From Rhina ancylostomus (taxonomy: Eukaryota), in assembly GCA_030265395.1 (NCBI GenBank), contig JARFYF010000112.1, positions 58,499,142 to 58,563,141 of the forward strand: DNA of 64,000 bases, given 5' to 3'. The translations under genes were made by a program, and so were the position numbers. Positions 1 to 12,439 of this stretch are shown one piece after another (position 1 is the stretch's first letter; every line of letters begins with the position of its first letter). The notes under the pieces were generated by a model, which ran no database searches, had not been told where the DNA came from, and saw only the letters and a program-made list of their open reading frames with translations.

Positions 1-279
1 TTAATGAGATCACAGTATGAATCTTGTATGCCTCTAGGACAGCAGGTCAAATGTGCCCTGATTAACAGTACATTACATCTGATTGCCCATTTCTCAGTGC
101 CTCCAACAATGCTGGTATCCTCACTGACAATGCAAGATTGATTACTGGGACAATCAATCCTTAGGCAGACCCAAGCAATGGGACAGTGATGATAAAGCTT
201 TGCCTGGTGTTAGTCTTGCACTCATCGCTACTTCATTAGCAGACTCATGGATACTAACACCACCATGTGTGATCTCTCA

Positions 280-900
280 AGGAGATATACATTGAGTTGA
301 GCCACATACAGCTCCAGAGCATGGCCTGAACCAAAGCTGTAAAAAGTCACTATGGCCATGAATTTCTGTACCTCCTCGATCTTTTCAAGCTAATTGAAAG
401 AGATATGTATATATTAGTTTCAAGGTAAGATTGCACATTGTGTGTCATTGGATATGAGTGGTAAAACTAGCTGATGTGCCAAGTCCCTGGAGGTCAAAGT
501 CATGTACAAGTTCTGCTGATGGAACAATAAAGAATGGTGGAGACTGCACAATAAAGCTAAAGAGTATATGCCAAGAAATGTTTGATGCCTTTGGATAATC
601 TATTCAAAATCTCATGGGTGGATGGAGATTGGGGAAACAGTGGCAGGCAAATCCATCCTTGCACAGGGATTTGTGCTGTATGGAATTTATTGGTCTTTTT
701 ATATTTCTGAATCCTCAGTACTTCAAGGTAATGTGGATGTATTCAATGGCTCCTTTCACCATCAGTTCTGGTGAATCCATACACACATGCTGCTCACTGT
801 AACTCTCTCAAGAGAGAGGTACATGAGTTTACCTCTTGAGAAGAGACCTATCTGGACCTCCCCACTGCTGCAGTCTGCTTTGAATGGCAAGGTGATATTG
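280..900 (+). mobile_element. Heavily decayed Gypsy-like integrase relic (tentative)
   Basis: Fragments resemble the integrase Zn-finger (..WW..LH.KAKEY..) and the core start (HRDLCCMEFIGLFIFL, compare RIHIDFAGPF). Many stops and frameshifts. Confidence 0.3.
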
Positions 901-987
901 ATGATCCTGGTTGGGAAAACCCAGAGATTTAGATATTTGTTGTCACTGACAAGACAGTTCAAACCATGATCTTGGTGTTTGTCATCT

Positions 988-1440
988 ATATCAAGGATTT
1001 GGATGCGAATGTATAAGGCACAGTTAGTATGTTTGCAGATAACACTAAAATAGGTGGTATAGTGGACAGTAAAGAAGGTTATCAAAAATAACAGAATATC
1101 TTGATCAGCTGAGTAAGTGCGCCAAGGAATGGCAAATGGAATTTAATTCAGATGAGTGCAAGGTGTTTCATTTTGGTAAATCAAATCAAGAACGGACTTT
1201 CACAATGAATGCTCAGGTCCAGGGGAGTGTTGCAGAGGGGCCTTGGATTTCAAGAATATGTTTCACTGAAAGTGGAATCACAGGTAGATCAGGTGATGAA
1301 GAAGGTTTTTGGCAAGCTGGCCTTCATCAGTCAGGGCACTGAGCATAGAAGTTGGGAGGTCATGGTGCTGTTGTATGTGATGCTGGTGAGGCCACACTTG
1401 GAGTATTGTATTCAGTTTTGGTCATCCTGCTATAGGAAAC
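988..1440 (+). mobile_element. CR1 LINE ORF2 reverse transcriptase fragment
   Basis: Encodes FADNTKIGGIVDS, WQMEFNSDECKVFHFG and LYVMLVRPHLEYCIQFWS, all typical CR1 RT motifs; frameshifted. Confidence 0.92.
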
Positions 1441-2345
1441 ATGAGAGATTCTGCAGGTGCTGGAATCTGGAGCAACACACATAATGCTGGAGGAACTCAG
1501 CAGCTCAGGCAGCATCCATGGAGAGAAATAAGCAGCCGATATTTTCGGTTGAGACCCTGCGTCAAGACCAGACTGGACGAGGGCCGAAGGTTGGGAGAGG
1601 GGAAGAGCACATGCAAGCAGGTGATAGGTGAGGGGGGAAGGTAGGAGGGTGGTTAAGAGGTAAGAAGCTGAGAGGTGATAGGTAGAAGAGGCAAAGGGCT
1701 GAGGAAGAAGGAATTCAGTAGGAGAGGGCACTGAACCATGGAAGAAAAGGAAAGGAGGGGGGGAATAGATAGGCAGGTCATGGGGGCAGGGTACGGGGAA
1801 CGGGGAAAGGGAAGGGGTCTACAGGAATGAGGGAAGTCAAAGGAGAAAAAGGGGGAAGAAGAGGGGAGGGGCTACTGGAAGTTAGAGAAATTGATGTTGA
1901 GGCCATTAGGTTGGAGACTACCAAGACAAAATATGAGGTGTTGTTCCTCCATCCTACATCTGACCTCAACGTGGCTGTAGAGGAGTCCATGGGTAGACAT
2001 GTTCGTATGGGAGTGGGATGTGGAATTGAAGTGGCTGGACACTGAGAGATCCTTGCTTTTGTGGCAGATAGAACAAAGGTGTTTGATGAAGCAATGATCC
2101 AATCTGCATTNNNNNNNNNNNNNNNNNNNNNNNNNNNNNNNNNNNNNNNNNNNNNNNNNNNNNNNNNNNNNNNNNNNNNNNNNNNNNNNNNNNNNNNNNN
2201 NNNNNNNNNNACAAAGGTGTTTGATGAAGCAATGACCCAATCTGCATTAGGGCTCACCAATGTAGAGGAGGCTGCACCAGGAGCACCAGATGCAATATAT
2301 GACACACTTGATCGGATTCATAAGTGAAGCGCTGCCTCACCCAGA
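1441..2345 (-). mobile_element. Penelope-like retroelement 3' part (GIY-YIG endonuclease C-terminus plus terminal repeat)
   Basis: Minus ORF ends HFNSTSHSH..EEQHLIFCLGSLQPNGLNINFSNF. A purine-rich (plus-strand) UTR and the terminal repeat gctggaggaactcagcagctcaggcagcatc follow at about 1441-1580. Confidence 0.85.
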
Positions 2346-2349
2346 AGGT

Positions 2350-2530
2350 CCTTGAGGCAAGGAGCATTGATGCATTTTGGGTAAACTGGATAACTACATG
2401 GGGGAGAAAAGATCAGAAGATTTTGCTGATGGGTTTAGCCAAGGAAGGGTGAAAGGACACCAGTGTGGAGCATAAACACAATATGGACATGAGCTGAGTG
2501 GCCTCTCTCTATGTGACAAATATCTTGTAT
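2350..2530 (+). mobile_element. Old CR1 3' end fragment
   Basis: aaactggataactacatg..ggagcataaacac..gctgagtggcct resembles a CR1 3' UTR. Confidence 0.5.
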
Positions 2531-2897
2531 GGATTTCAGTCAGGCAATATGATGGTGTGACCATAAATATAAAATTTTGAGCATGGCTGAGTCGAGGTGA
2601 TTTTGATCTTTCTCAGTGGTGTCATATGAGGGCCATCAATGTGCCACTTCATCTTCTGCTCAAATAGGCCATCAGACAAACCTTGTAGCTTCAGTAATGA
2701 TGTTATCCACAACAATAAAACAACCACTCCCAAGTTATGTCCTGCTCTGTTAGTTAGCTATCGAGAGTTCTTATACAATGTCTCTGAAGGTAGCAATTGC
2801 TGTGTACAAGTTAAATTGCTTTCTCTCATGCTATTTCTTTCCTGATATATGCTCTTTCACTTGCGGGGGAAGAAAATGCAATACCTGACACACAAAA

Positions 2898-3320
2898 AGA
2901 AACTTACTTTTACATGGAGCTTTTCACAATTTTAAAATCCTCTGTTTTATTGCTACTAATGAAATAGTTTTGAGATCTATTCACAGTGATAATGTTAGAA
3001 GCACAGCAGAAAATCTGGGAAAAGCAAGCTCACAAAATAGACTGACAGTGGCAGGATAATCAGTTCTCAGTGATGCTTGGTAGGGGTAAATATTGGCAAA
3101 GTCAAGAGGAAAACTTCTCTAATCATAAAAATACTCCCATGGAATTTCTCTGATATGTTTCTGATTGTGCTTCAATATCTTCCTTCAATGTCTCAGCTGA
3201 AAACTGTTGAGCACTCCCACAATGCTCCAACTAAACTGACAATCTAGTCACTCTGGTCTCTAGAGTGGGATTTGAATTTACAACCTCTTGACTGAGAGCA
3301 CTACTCATTGAGCCACACTG
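2898..3320 (-). mobile_element. DeuSINE (SacSINE1/AmnSINE1-like), near full length, decayed
   Basis: Deu-domain-like ggataatcagtt..gtgatgcttgg..taaatattggc, then tRNA-head complement gagtgggatttgaa..acaacct..gactgagagcactactcattgagccac. Confidence 0.7.
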
Positions 3321-3440
3321 GACAGGACCCATGAATATTTAAGTGGTCGCATAGAGAAGCACATAACTTTTAAAGTGACAACTGGCAGAGAAGAGCCTCA
3401 ATTATCATGTGCCACACCACTGGGAACCCACATGTCAGCT

Positions 3441-3600
3441 TAAGATAAGATATTTATTAGTCACGTGTATATAGAAACACACAGTTAAATGCATCTTTTT
3501 TCATGACTGAAAATGTGCTGGGGGCAGCCCGCAAGTGTCACCACTCTTCTGGTGCCAACATAGCATGTTCATAACTCTTAACCTGTACGCCTTTGGAACT
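3441..3600 (-). mobile_element. Young SINE 3' fragment (ray-type HE1/V-SINE relative)
   Basis: taagataagatatttattagtcac tail; gtgctgggggcagcccgcaagtgtc; aacctgtacgcctttggaa matches the copy at 32544. Confidence 0.6.
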
Positions 3601-4689
3601 TGTATTTGGTCATGAAGTTTTCTACTCCTAACAATACTCTAGGACTGATAAATTCACTTGGGTATGATTTGTATAATAACAGAGCATTCTTCTTAAAAGN
3701 NNNNNNNNNNNNNNNNNNNNNNNNNNNNNNNNNNNNNNNNNNNNNNNNNNNNNNNNNNNNNNNNNNNNNNNNNTTACTCAGTTCAAATACATACAACTTG
3801 CAGAATTGCCTTTGAATTTAGAGGTTACTTAATTCTGATTTGTCCAAACCTCTCTTTTTGGACTGTATTAAAAATTTGTTAGGCTTGTTTCTGAAAATCA
3901 TTCTGAAATTTTTGATAAGAATCCCAGCTCATGAATATCATAAGAAAAGGTATAGACTTGTTTTTACAGAATATTATTTTATCATGGTTTTGTACAGGAG
4001 TGGTAAACTCTTAGTTTCTGGTACTAAATTACTGAATACTGTAAAATGTATAGGTTGTGTTTTCTTGTTTTTGTTTAATAAATCAATTGAATCGGTAAAT
4101 TGTAAGCTGCCACCTTCTGAAACATAAAGGATTGATTGAGTGAATAGCAATAAAACTAATAACTGGAATAAATTGAAGCAGGCTCTGTATTTGATCATGA
4201 GGAATGTTCTAAGTTAACTTTGAAATATGAGCCAATGAAAACCTACAGTGGCAGACACAGGGATTGGCAATCCACTGGCTGTAATAAAAAAAAATTCCAG
4301 AAACAAAAAGAAACCTCAGAGTTATAACAAAAGCAGAAAGAAAGGCGGCAATTTCTTTAATATGTGTTTATTAAGTCCTTTTTGAGCAGAAGTAAGTTTT
4401 GCTACAGGTGCTATTTTATCACTTCTACTTTTTGTATTACATTACCAATAGTTCATGATATTCAATTCAGAAAAGGCACATCCTACCTGCTGCAGTACTT
4501 GATGTGTGGTCTGAGCACCAGGCAAGGGACAGGTTTAAGTCTTCATGTAAGTAAGAAACAGAGCTCTGGGATCCACAAACTATCCCATGCTGGGACAGAC
4601 CAGTGAATAAAATTCCATAGCACACAAATGATGTGAATGTTAAATTTGACTATGTACCACATTTGTGAAAGATGGTTTTGATGACCTCA

Positions 4690-5800
4690 TATTTCTGGCT
4701 TATGATGAACTGGGAGGTTAAAGGTATTGTGGCAGTGAACACTAGTAAAAATGTAAACTGACATTCAGCAGTTTTCTGAAAGGCAGATGTCATGGAGAGA
4801 AGGTCAATGATATTATTTTATGAGCAATTGAGAAAGAAATTGGCAAGATCTTCAAAACAAAATTCAGCGTACACCTGGGTGAAATCTAAAAATACTGCTG
4901 TGAGTTCCAAAGCGTGATACAGGAACCAGGTGAACGTGTTGACTGTTTCCTCATGAGGCTTAGAAATATGAATTCAAAGAAATATAAATAAAATGTTAGT
5001 GGACCAACTCAATTGGGACTCGACATATCCAAATGTACATAAAACTTTGATGATGTAGAAGATGGTCACTATCGCCCAGACTGTAAATCCATCCAAAGCC
5101 CAAGAAGCCACCAGTAGATAGATGAAGTNNNNNNNNNNGACCACTCAAATGACCAACCTCCAGATAAATTGAGGGAGAAGAAGCGGAGTTGATTTGGTTA
5201 TATACCAGGAACAAAAGAATGAAAACCAGCCTGAAAGAAGACTTTCAGGCCAACCATGTGATTTAATGGAAAACAAAATTATCTGCACACTCATCAAACT
5301 GCATATTATGTGGCAAACTCGATCTTTGGTGGGGGCGGGGGGGGGGGGTGGGAGTGCAAACTGAAAATGAGAACATATCAGCAGAAAAACCAGAGGAGCA
5401 GGAAAAGGACCAACGGAAAAGAAACCAAACTGGAACACCCAAGAAGGAAGCATTAGATGATGGAACTGTACATCTGTATAGAGTGATTGCATGTGGCAGT
5501 TCTCAGGAAAATGAAATCTTCACCATCTGCCAAGTCAGAAAAAGGAAGAGAAACAAACTAACAATCATCAACCTCAAGCTAAAACTGGGAGTGCGAAACA
5601 ACTTCATGCCGCTCAGGTTATACCAAAACATCTTCCAAAGAAAGCTGGAAGAAGATGGGTGTGCAAAGGAAATGTGAAAGGAAAACAAAACTAAGTCATG
5701 CTAATGCTGAATGCCAGAGCTAAAATCCAGATTTGGACTGATCCAAATCAGAGGGACACACAAAGGCAAAGAAGTTATCTGCAAGTTTGATTGTAAACCA
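4690..5800 (+). mobile_element. Decayed Gypsy gag-protease relic
   Basis: Gag-like QEPGERVDCFLMRLR and MLVDQL; protease-like INLKLKLGVRNNFMPLRLY (compare KLDTGA..N.LPL.LY) and GLIQIRGTHKG. Confidence 0.6.
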
Positions 5801-7594
5801 AAGTTCTCAGAATTACAAGGTGTAATATTTATTTCTAATTGGTTGAGATCATTATTAAAAGTGACAATATCCAGTATTTTTCTGATGTTTCTTTGAGGCA
5901 CCATATGAAACTAATGAGTGAGTGATGACTACTCTTTTAACATATGGGGAATTCACTGTGTGCTTGGAAATAAATCTTCTGCCGTGTTGAAATAATGAGC
6001 ATTGGAGTTGTGTAATAACTTATTCTTGACTTTTAATTGAAATTTCTCCACTGTGACATTTTCATTCAAAACCAAGATGGGTGGTTAAGAAAAATATCAT
6101 TGAAAACAAATTAATTTTTTGGACCATCTATAATAACTGCTAAACAAATATAGTCAATAAGATTTACATAATTTAATTTACAACATTAAATTCCTTGTAA
6201 TGTATAAAGATCAAAAGAATTTGTATTTGATCACTTGAATATATTTCAAATCTCCATAAATTTTTAAGTACTTTCAATGTCTAGTCACCATTACTACATG
6301 GAAGGCATTTGAATTTTGTTCTTCCCATTTTTGTTTTTTGGTACTGAATGCACTAAGTTGAACAGTAAGTCACTTTTGATGGAGAATTGTTTTTAAGTTG
6401 TTGGTAAACCTTGCATTTGAAGTTCACCACATTAATGTGAATTGGTAATGATCAGATTCATTATGTTACATTTACTCTTAATATTTACACTACAATTTTC
6501 AATATTCCCTAGAATCACCTCAATGTGCAGTCTACATATACTGTTCTCCTTCTGCTTGATGTAAATCAACCTTTCAGACTAAAAAAGGTGACATTTCATT
6601 CATTTTATTTGTATTGCTCTTGGTTTTATTCCTGCAGCATGAGATATTACTGTTCCAGACCAAGAATTGGGACATTCAATTGTTTTCCAATTTCCTTTAT
6701 CTACCATGAGATTATGTGCAGTAATGGACAGTCCACTGTAAATAAGAAATGGTTTTGTTACTGAATGGATATATCTGTGCGCACTTAAGAAAGCTTTTTA
6801 AAATTGACAAAGAACCACAAGGTGAGAGCAAGACCCAGATAAATCCACAAAAATGAGCGCCTGATTGGCTGGTGATCTATTACCAGAATAATTTAAAACA
6901 TATCCCAGATCTGTTCAAATAATTGGAACAAAGATTTAATCTATATTACTGGTATTTCACAATTGTCTTTGTCAGGTCTTTCAAGGTTTAGAATGTAGGC
7001 ATAATTGCTTTGCTAAGTTCTTTTATGTGATATGTTCCATCAGTGACGGGATATGAATTAATTGTATTACAATGACCTTTTGTTTGATTAGCTTTCATGG
7101 TTACATTTCAAAGGGATAATTACTTACAGCAATAGAAACGAGCTTGGCATTTCAATGTTGAATATTTCCACTATGATTGAAATAAATAAATTCTGTTTAA
7201 CTTTAAAAATAGGATTCTCGGTCTGTGGGGAATGAGCAAAGGGGAGTGGGAGTAATTGGACTGCTTCAGAGACAGTGGCCTGAACAGGCATCTCCTGTGC
7301 TCTGTGATGCCCAAGAACAAAGGATAACTTCAGTTATACATTGAGCTAAATTTTAATGTGTGGTTCGGTGTGGGACAAGGGTTAAAAGCAATGAAATTGT
7401 CAGCTTGCCAAGAAGCTGGCTCTGACCTGTTGATTCTCATACATGACCTCAGTGCAATAGACTACCTGTATTCTGCTTACCAATTTCCAAATTCAAATCA
7501 CGCAATGGGAACTGCAGACCATTTGCAGTTCAACATCAGCTATAAAGGCTTCCTGGGCTTCATAAACCTGCATGGTTTAGAAATCCATCATTTC

Positions 7595-7918
7595 ATTGAG
7601 ACAAAAAGCATGGAAGCAGAACCCTTCAGCCTACTGAGTCTACACTGAGCATCAAGCACCCATTTACATTAATCCCACTTTATCCTCTCCACATTCCCAC
7701 CAACATTCCCCTTGGATTCTATTACTCACTTACACACAAGGGGCAATTTACAATGGCCAATTAACATATCAACCCAGGCATTTTTGGAATGTGGGAGGAA
7801 ACATGAGCTCCTGGAAGAAAGCCATGTGGTCACAAAATAATTCCAAACTGATAGCATCAGAGGTCAGACTGGGTGCAGGAGATTTGAAACTGCAGCTCTG
7901 CTAACTGTGCACTGTGTG
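7595..7918 (-). mobile_element. HE1-type V-SINE
   Basis: ggggcaatttacaatggccaattaac, ttggaatgtgggaggaaac (V-domain complement) and tRNA-head complement cagctctgctaactgtgc. Confidence 0.8.
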
Positions 7919-8099
7919 CTGCTCTAATTGAGAGAGATGAGTTAACTTTGGTCAAATCTATCATAAATAGTCTGTATTGAGAAATGCCAGCTGGAAAAGA
8001 TTATTTAATAGTACTTTTCCTGGGAGGTTGCCTTGTATAACTTGAAGGTTTCTTTTTGGCTCTTGGCTGATTGCTCTATCTCATCAGGGGTATGTCACC

Positions 8100-8460
8100 C
8101 CGGTAGTCATGGAGAAGCACCAACAACAAATGCACCCCAACAGTCCTGACCTACTGTTGCAAGGGAATGAAGGAAAAAAGGTGGAGAAAGAAATAACAAA
8201 GAAGTTCAGTTCAAGAAGAACTATTGATGAGAACGGATTCTGCAGGCAGAAGCTTTGTTTCCTCAATGTATCTGCAAACCAATCTACCCAAGGACTCAGG
8301 ATGACACATTAGGTGGTGATGGAATATGAAGCCTCTTAGAAGGTGATGCTACTTCCCAGACCCACTCAGTCTCCAAGTCACCATGGCCGACAACCTATTT
8401 TGTTGCAATTAGATCCTACCTGGGCTCTGACAGATAGATATTCTTCATCTCAAAATTGAC
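8100..8460 (+). mobile_element. PIF/Harbinger transposase relic, N-terminal part
   Basis: FCRQKLCFLNVSANQSTQGLRMTH resembles HARBI1-family YR.R.SFL.MSE.QC.RRLR; a QVTMA..L motif follows (compare KVT.ALNF). Confidence 0.5.
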
Positions 8461-8828
8461 CATAAGGATTTATGCATTAGGAACAGAATCTTTAATTTAC
8501 TTCAAGTATTCATGAATATCATGGCTGATCTAATCTAATCTAATCTCAACTCTGTATTTCAGTCTTCCCCAATGTCCTTTCAATCCCATGTTTTTCAACA
8601 ATCTATCTAGTTCTGCCCTAAACATATTCAAAGTCTTTGCCTTTTGAGGAAAAGCATTCCAAAGCTTCATAACTCTGAGAGAAGAAAAGGCTCTCATCTC
8701 TAACTTAAATAGGCAACACCTTATTTATAAATTGTGATTCCTAACTTTAGATTCTCCCACAAGAGGAGGCATATTCTTTACATCCACTCTGTCAAGATCT
8801 CTCTGGATCTTATCTATTTCAATCAAGA

Positions 8829-9146
8829 ATAGGCAAGTTTTAGAAGGATATTGGTATTGGGTTATTGTTACCACTTGTACCAAGGTACAGCGAAAAAATT
8901 TTCTTGCATACTGTTTGGACAGATCAATTCATTACTCAGTGCATTGAGGTAGTACAAGGTAAAAGCAATAACAGAACACAGAGTAAAGTGTCACAGCTAC
9001 AGGGAAGTGCATTGCAGGTAGATAATAAGGTGCAAGGTAATATGGCCCAAATGCAGGCAGATGGGACTAGCTCACGTAGGAAACTTGGTTGGTATCGACG
9101 AGTTGGGTTGAAGGGCCTGTTTATGCTCTGTGTAATTCTGTGAATC
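8829..9146 (+). mobile_element. Short CR1 3' end, itself interrupted
   Basis: ataggcaagttttagaaggata..tatggcccaaatgcaggcagatgggactag..gaagggcctgttt; flanked by aatcaaga / aatcaaaga. Confidence 0.7.
8851..9040 (-). mobile_element. LINE 3'-tail repeat (Rex1/Babar-like tail), copy 1
   Basis: Reverse complement of the copies at 49883 and 52730 (ttggtattgg..acagagtaaagtgtcacagctacagggaagtgc). The clade call is an inference. Confidence 0.7.
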
Positions 9147-9571
9147 AAAGATGCCCCTCATTCTTCTAAATTCTACCAGAAACTAGTCTAGCCTGTGCAA
9201 ATGTTCAATGCAAGATCCTGCCCTTTACTGGAGTTAGCCTGTTAAACTTCACTAAATTGCTTTGAACACATTAACATTCTTCCTTAAATAAGGAGACCAA
9301 TATTGTAGTCAGCACTCCTCCAGTAATGGTTTCATCAAAGCCCTACATAATTGATATTACCACCTTATTTTTGTATTCAGTATTCCCAACAATAAATAAA
9401 AAACTTTGCCAGCTTTCCTAATTACTTGCTGTATATACATACTAGCCGTTTGCAGATCGTGCATTAGGACATTCAGATCCCTTTACATCTCAGAGCTCCA
9501 AAATCTCTCACTATTTAAGTTGTATTCTTGTTTTTCCTATCAAAATAGACAACTTCATATTTTCCCACATT

Positions 9572-10225
9572 TACAGGTAGACAGGGTGGTGAAGAAGGGT
9601 GAGGTATGTCTGCTTTTGTCAGCCGAGGCATTGATTCAGGAGTGGGGATGACATGTTACAGTTGTACAAGTCATTGCTTAGACTGCAGTTGGACTATTGT
9701 GTTCAGTTCTGGTCATCACACTATATGAAGGATATGATTAAGCTAGAGACGGTGCAGAAAAGATTCATGGGAATGTTGCCTGGAATGAAGTGCTTTAGTT
9801 ATAAGGAGAGATTAGATAGGCTGGGACTGTTTTCCCTGGAGTGAAGGAGGCTGAGCGGTGACCTTATAGATGTTTATAAAACTGAGAGACATAGATGGTG
9901 TAGGTGGTCTTTTTCCCAGGGTAGGGGAGTCTAAAACTGGAGGGCATAATATTGAGGTGAGCATGAAAGAATTAAAAGGGATCTGAGAGGTAAGTTCTCC
10001 ACAGAGAGGGTGGTTGGTTCTGGAAATAGATATTAGAGAAGGTGGTAGAGGCAGGTACAATTACAATGTTTAATAAACATTTGGACAGGAACATGGATAG
10101 GAAAGGTTCAGAGACATGTGGGCCACAAGGAGGCAAATGGGATTAGTGCAGATAGGCATCTTGGTTGGCATGGATAAATTGGGCCAAAGGGCCTGTTTCC
10201 CTGCTGTATAACTTGTTGAATCTAT
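9572..10225 (+). mobile_element. CR1 LINE, 5'-truncated
   Basis: QVDRVVKK; LYKSLLRLQLDYCVQFWS..ERLDRLGLFSLE; 3' UTR gggccaaagggcctgtttcc. Confidence 0.92.
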
Positions 10226-10469
10226 CCCATTTTTGCCCACTTACTTCACCTATCCAAATCCCTTTGTAGCCTCTTTTAAGCCCTCCTCAAAACTTATGTA
10301 CCTAACCATCATTGTGTCCTCAGCAAATTTAGCAACCATATCTTTAGTGCCTTGTGCGAGTTACATAAATTATTAAAAGTTGTAACCTGAGAACTGATAC
10401 CTGTGGTATTTGAGTCATTACATCTTTGTCAACCAGCAAAAGACCCATTTATGCCTACTTAGTTATGCT

Positions 10470-11175
10470 CTGCCACAAATGCAAAAGAAAAGGTGACGAA
10501 TGAGTTATTATGCAGGTCAGACAATTATGTCAACTTTGCCTGTGATGGCTCTGGGGCTCGCAGCTCATGGAGGATTCCTCCCAGTCCTGAGGCAATGAAG
10601 GTATTTATTTTTTTCTGAGAACACCTACTGTTCATTATCCCACAAGGACCTTCATTCCAGCAATCTGCAGCTCATGTGTTACCACAGAAAGTTTTTTTCT
10701 GAAAATGGGCAGATGATTCTTGGGTTGCTGGATGTCTTCATTTTGCAGCGACCCATGCAAATGTTAAATCTGGCAAGTCAACAAAAAGGGAAATGCACTG
10801 CAAACTTGGCCATTGATACCTTCAAACCTCTAGATCCCTATAATAAATGCCATGGCATCACTAGATACATAATTAAACTATATACTGGCACGTTGAAGAA
10901 GTTCTTCTGTGCCAGTTCAGATCTACAGGGATCCTTCAGTACATAGAGTCAGAGAAAGATATGGCATTCGAATGGGCCAATCATTCATGCCAATCATCAA
11001 GTATCATCCTTATTTTCCCTCTTGCCTCCCCATCAACCTCCCCCACTGCCCAAATTCTCCTGTCATCCACCTACATTACATACAATTTACAATAGTCAAT
11101 TTATCTACCAACCTGCATGTCTTAGACATGTGACTGCAGTGTGTGTCATCCACAAAAAAGTACTCGAAATCTCAA
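10470..11175 (+). mobile_element. PIF/Harbinger transposase relic, DDE core and C-terminus
   Basis: HKDLHSSNLQLMCYH (compare RKGFHS.NVQL.CDH); PYNKCHGITRYIIKLYTGTLKKFF (compare YN..H..TR..IE..IG.LK.RF); after the SINE, AVCVIH (compare ACC.LHN). Confidence 0.6.
10943..11132 (-). mobile_element. V-SINE 3' fragment inside the Harbinger relic
   Basis: caatttacaatagtcaatttatctaccaacctgcatgtctt, as in other SINE copies in this window. Confidence 0.6.
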
Positions 11176-11309
11176 AAATATATTTTACAGTGTCTACCAA
11201 ACCCAATCCAAACCTAGAAGTTCTAAGACAGAAAGAGTGAAAGAGCATGGAAGCAATAATGCCTGAAATGGCCCTCTGTCGTCACTGTGGCACAAACCTA
11301 TAAATCCCT

Positions 11310-11475
11310 GCGTGACATCACTGAGGGTGCACCATCAGTAGACAGGCTGTGGTTCAAGCAGATGTTCCCTCCCACTTCCCTCCCCCCCAATCATGTATTT
11401 AAGGGAAGTTAGCAATGGGCAACAAATACTAGCCTTACCGGAAAAGGCATACATCCCATAAATGGAAAAAAAAAT
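11310..11475 (+). mobile_element. CR1-group LINE 3' terminus
   Basis: gtggttcaag..agcaatgggcaacaaatactagcctt..catcccataaatgg followed by an A tail. Confidence 0.55.
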
Positions 11476-12059
11476 TCTCAATTAACTGCAGTTTTTTAAA
11501 AATAGAGGTTCTCAGCTATAAATGAGTGAAAAATTAGTGCAAACACTAGACAAGTTTCCTCCTAAGTTGCATAATTTTATTGGGAGAATCTTAAAGTCAA
11601 ATAATTGGGCATGTATGGATTGTAATATATACTGTATGTGTACCAATAAAACTTGAGTGTTCCACAAGCTATGATGTTTGATACATTGTTGTACCAGGGA
11701 CTACTTTTAGCTGAGCCTTGTCTGCCTCAATTAAAGGTTATGTTGTCAGTTGTTTGCCTGAGTAAGCAGCAACATTAAAGACTCAACAAACACTAGAAGG
11801 AGCAAGTGATATGCTAAACCTTTAAAAATCTCAAACTAGTTTGTGACCATGCTCTGAAATTAATAAAGGCAGGATATAAGCAGCAACCAACACAGTCCCA
11901 GGAAACAATCTGTCCAATTAAATATTTTAATGAGGATGTCACCCTCAGATATCAGCTACTGTGCCCTTTTAAGTGGAGCTAGTCAGATTTCCTAATCTGC
12001 GGTAAATGTGACAGTTGACGTCAGGGAAGGTTAGCTTTGGGAGAAGGCAGAGTGAAATG

Positions 12060-12290
12060 CAAATATCAAATAAACTGACGATACTGGAAATAAAAACAGA
12101 AACTGTATGTAGTCAGCAGGTCAGGCTGCATTTGTGGGAAGGAAAACAAGGTTAACGTTTCAGGTCAAAGAGCCTGCCTCAGAACAGATGAAGGGTCTTC
12201 AACCTGAAGCATCAGCTCAGTTTCCCTTCCTACAGAGGTGGTTTCTCCAACAGAGTATTACCAGCATTTACTGTTTTTTTTATTTTAGAA
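12060..12290. mobile_element. Penelope-derived palindromic terminal-repeat element
   Basis: Left arm aaataaaaacag..gtttcaggtcaaagagcct is an imperfect inverted repeat of the right arm agggtcttcaacctgaagc..ctgttttttttattt. Confidence 0.7.
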
Positions 12291-12439
12291 TGAAATGGAA
12301 TTAGGCCGGGTTGCATACCCACCTTGATCTATGCATATTTTAATCTCAAAGTCTGCCACAATCTTTTCTTTGTTCATGGCCCTTGAGCCCTTTAATAATC
12401 TTATTGACACGCTCTTCAAAATACTTTTTGTTTCAAGGA

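Larger units (their letters stand above)
8461..10460 (-). mobile_element. Old CR1 LINE (RT C-terminus plus 3' UTR) interrupted by younger insertions
   Basis: Colinear segments at about 8461-8828, 9147-9571 and 10226-10460 (atcatggctgatct, ccttaaataaggagaccaa, ttttcccacatt|..ttttgcccact, tcagcaaatttagc). Confidence 0.8.

Noticed and set aside
2073-2248. Direct repeats flanking 100-N gaps (also 20739/20863, 46084/46193, 60173/60285)
   Set aside because: The same sequence appears immediately on both sides of fixed-size gaps, which is typical of contig-overlap or haplotype artefacts.
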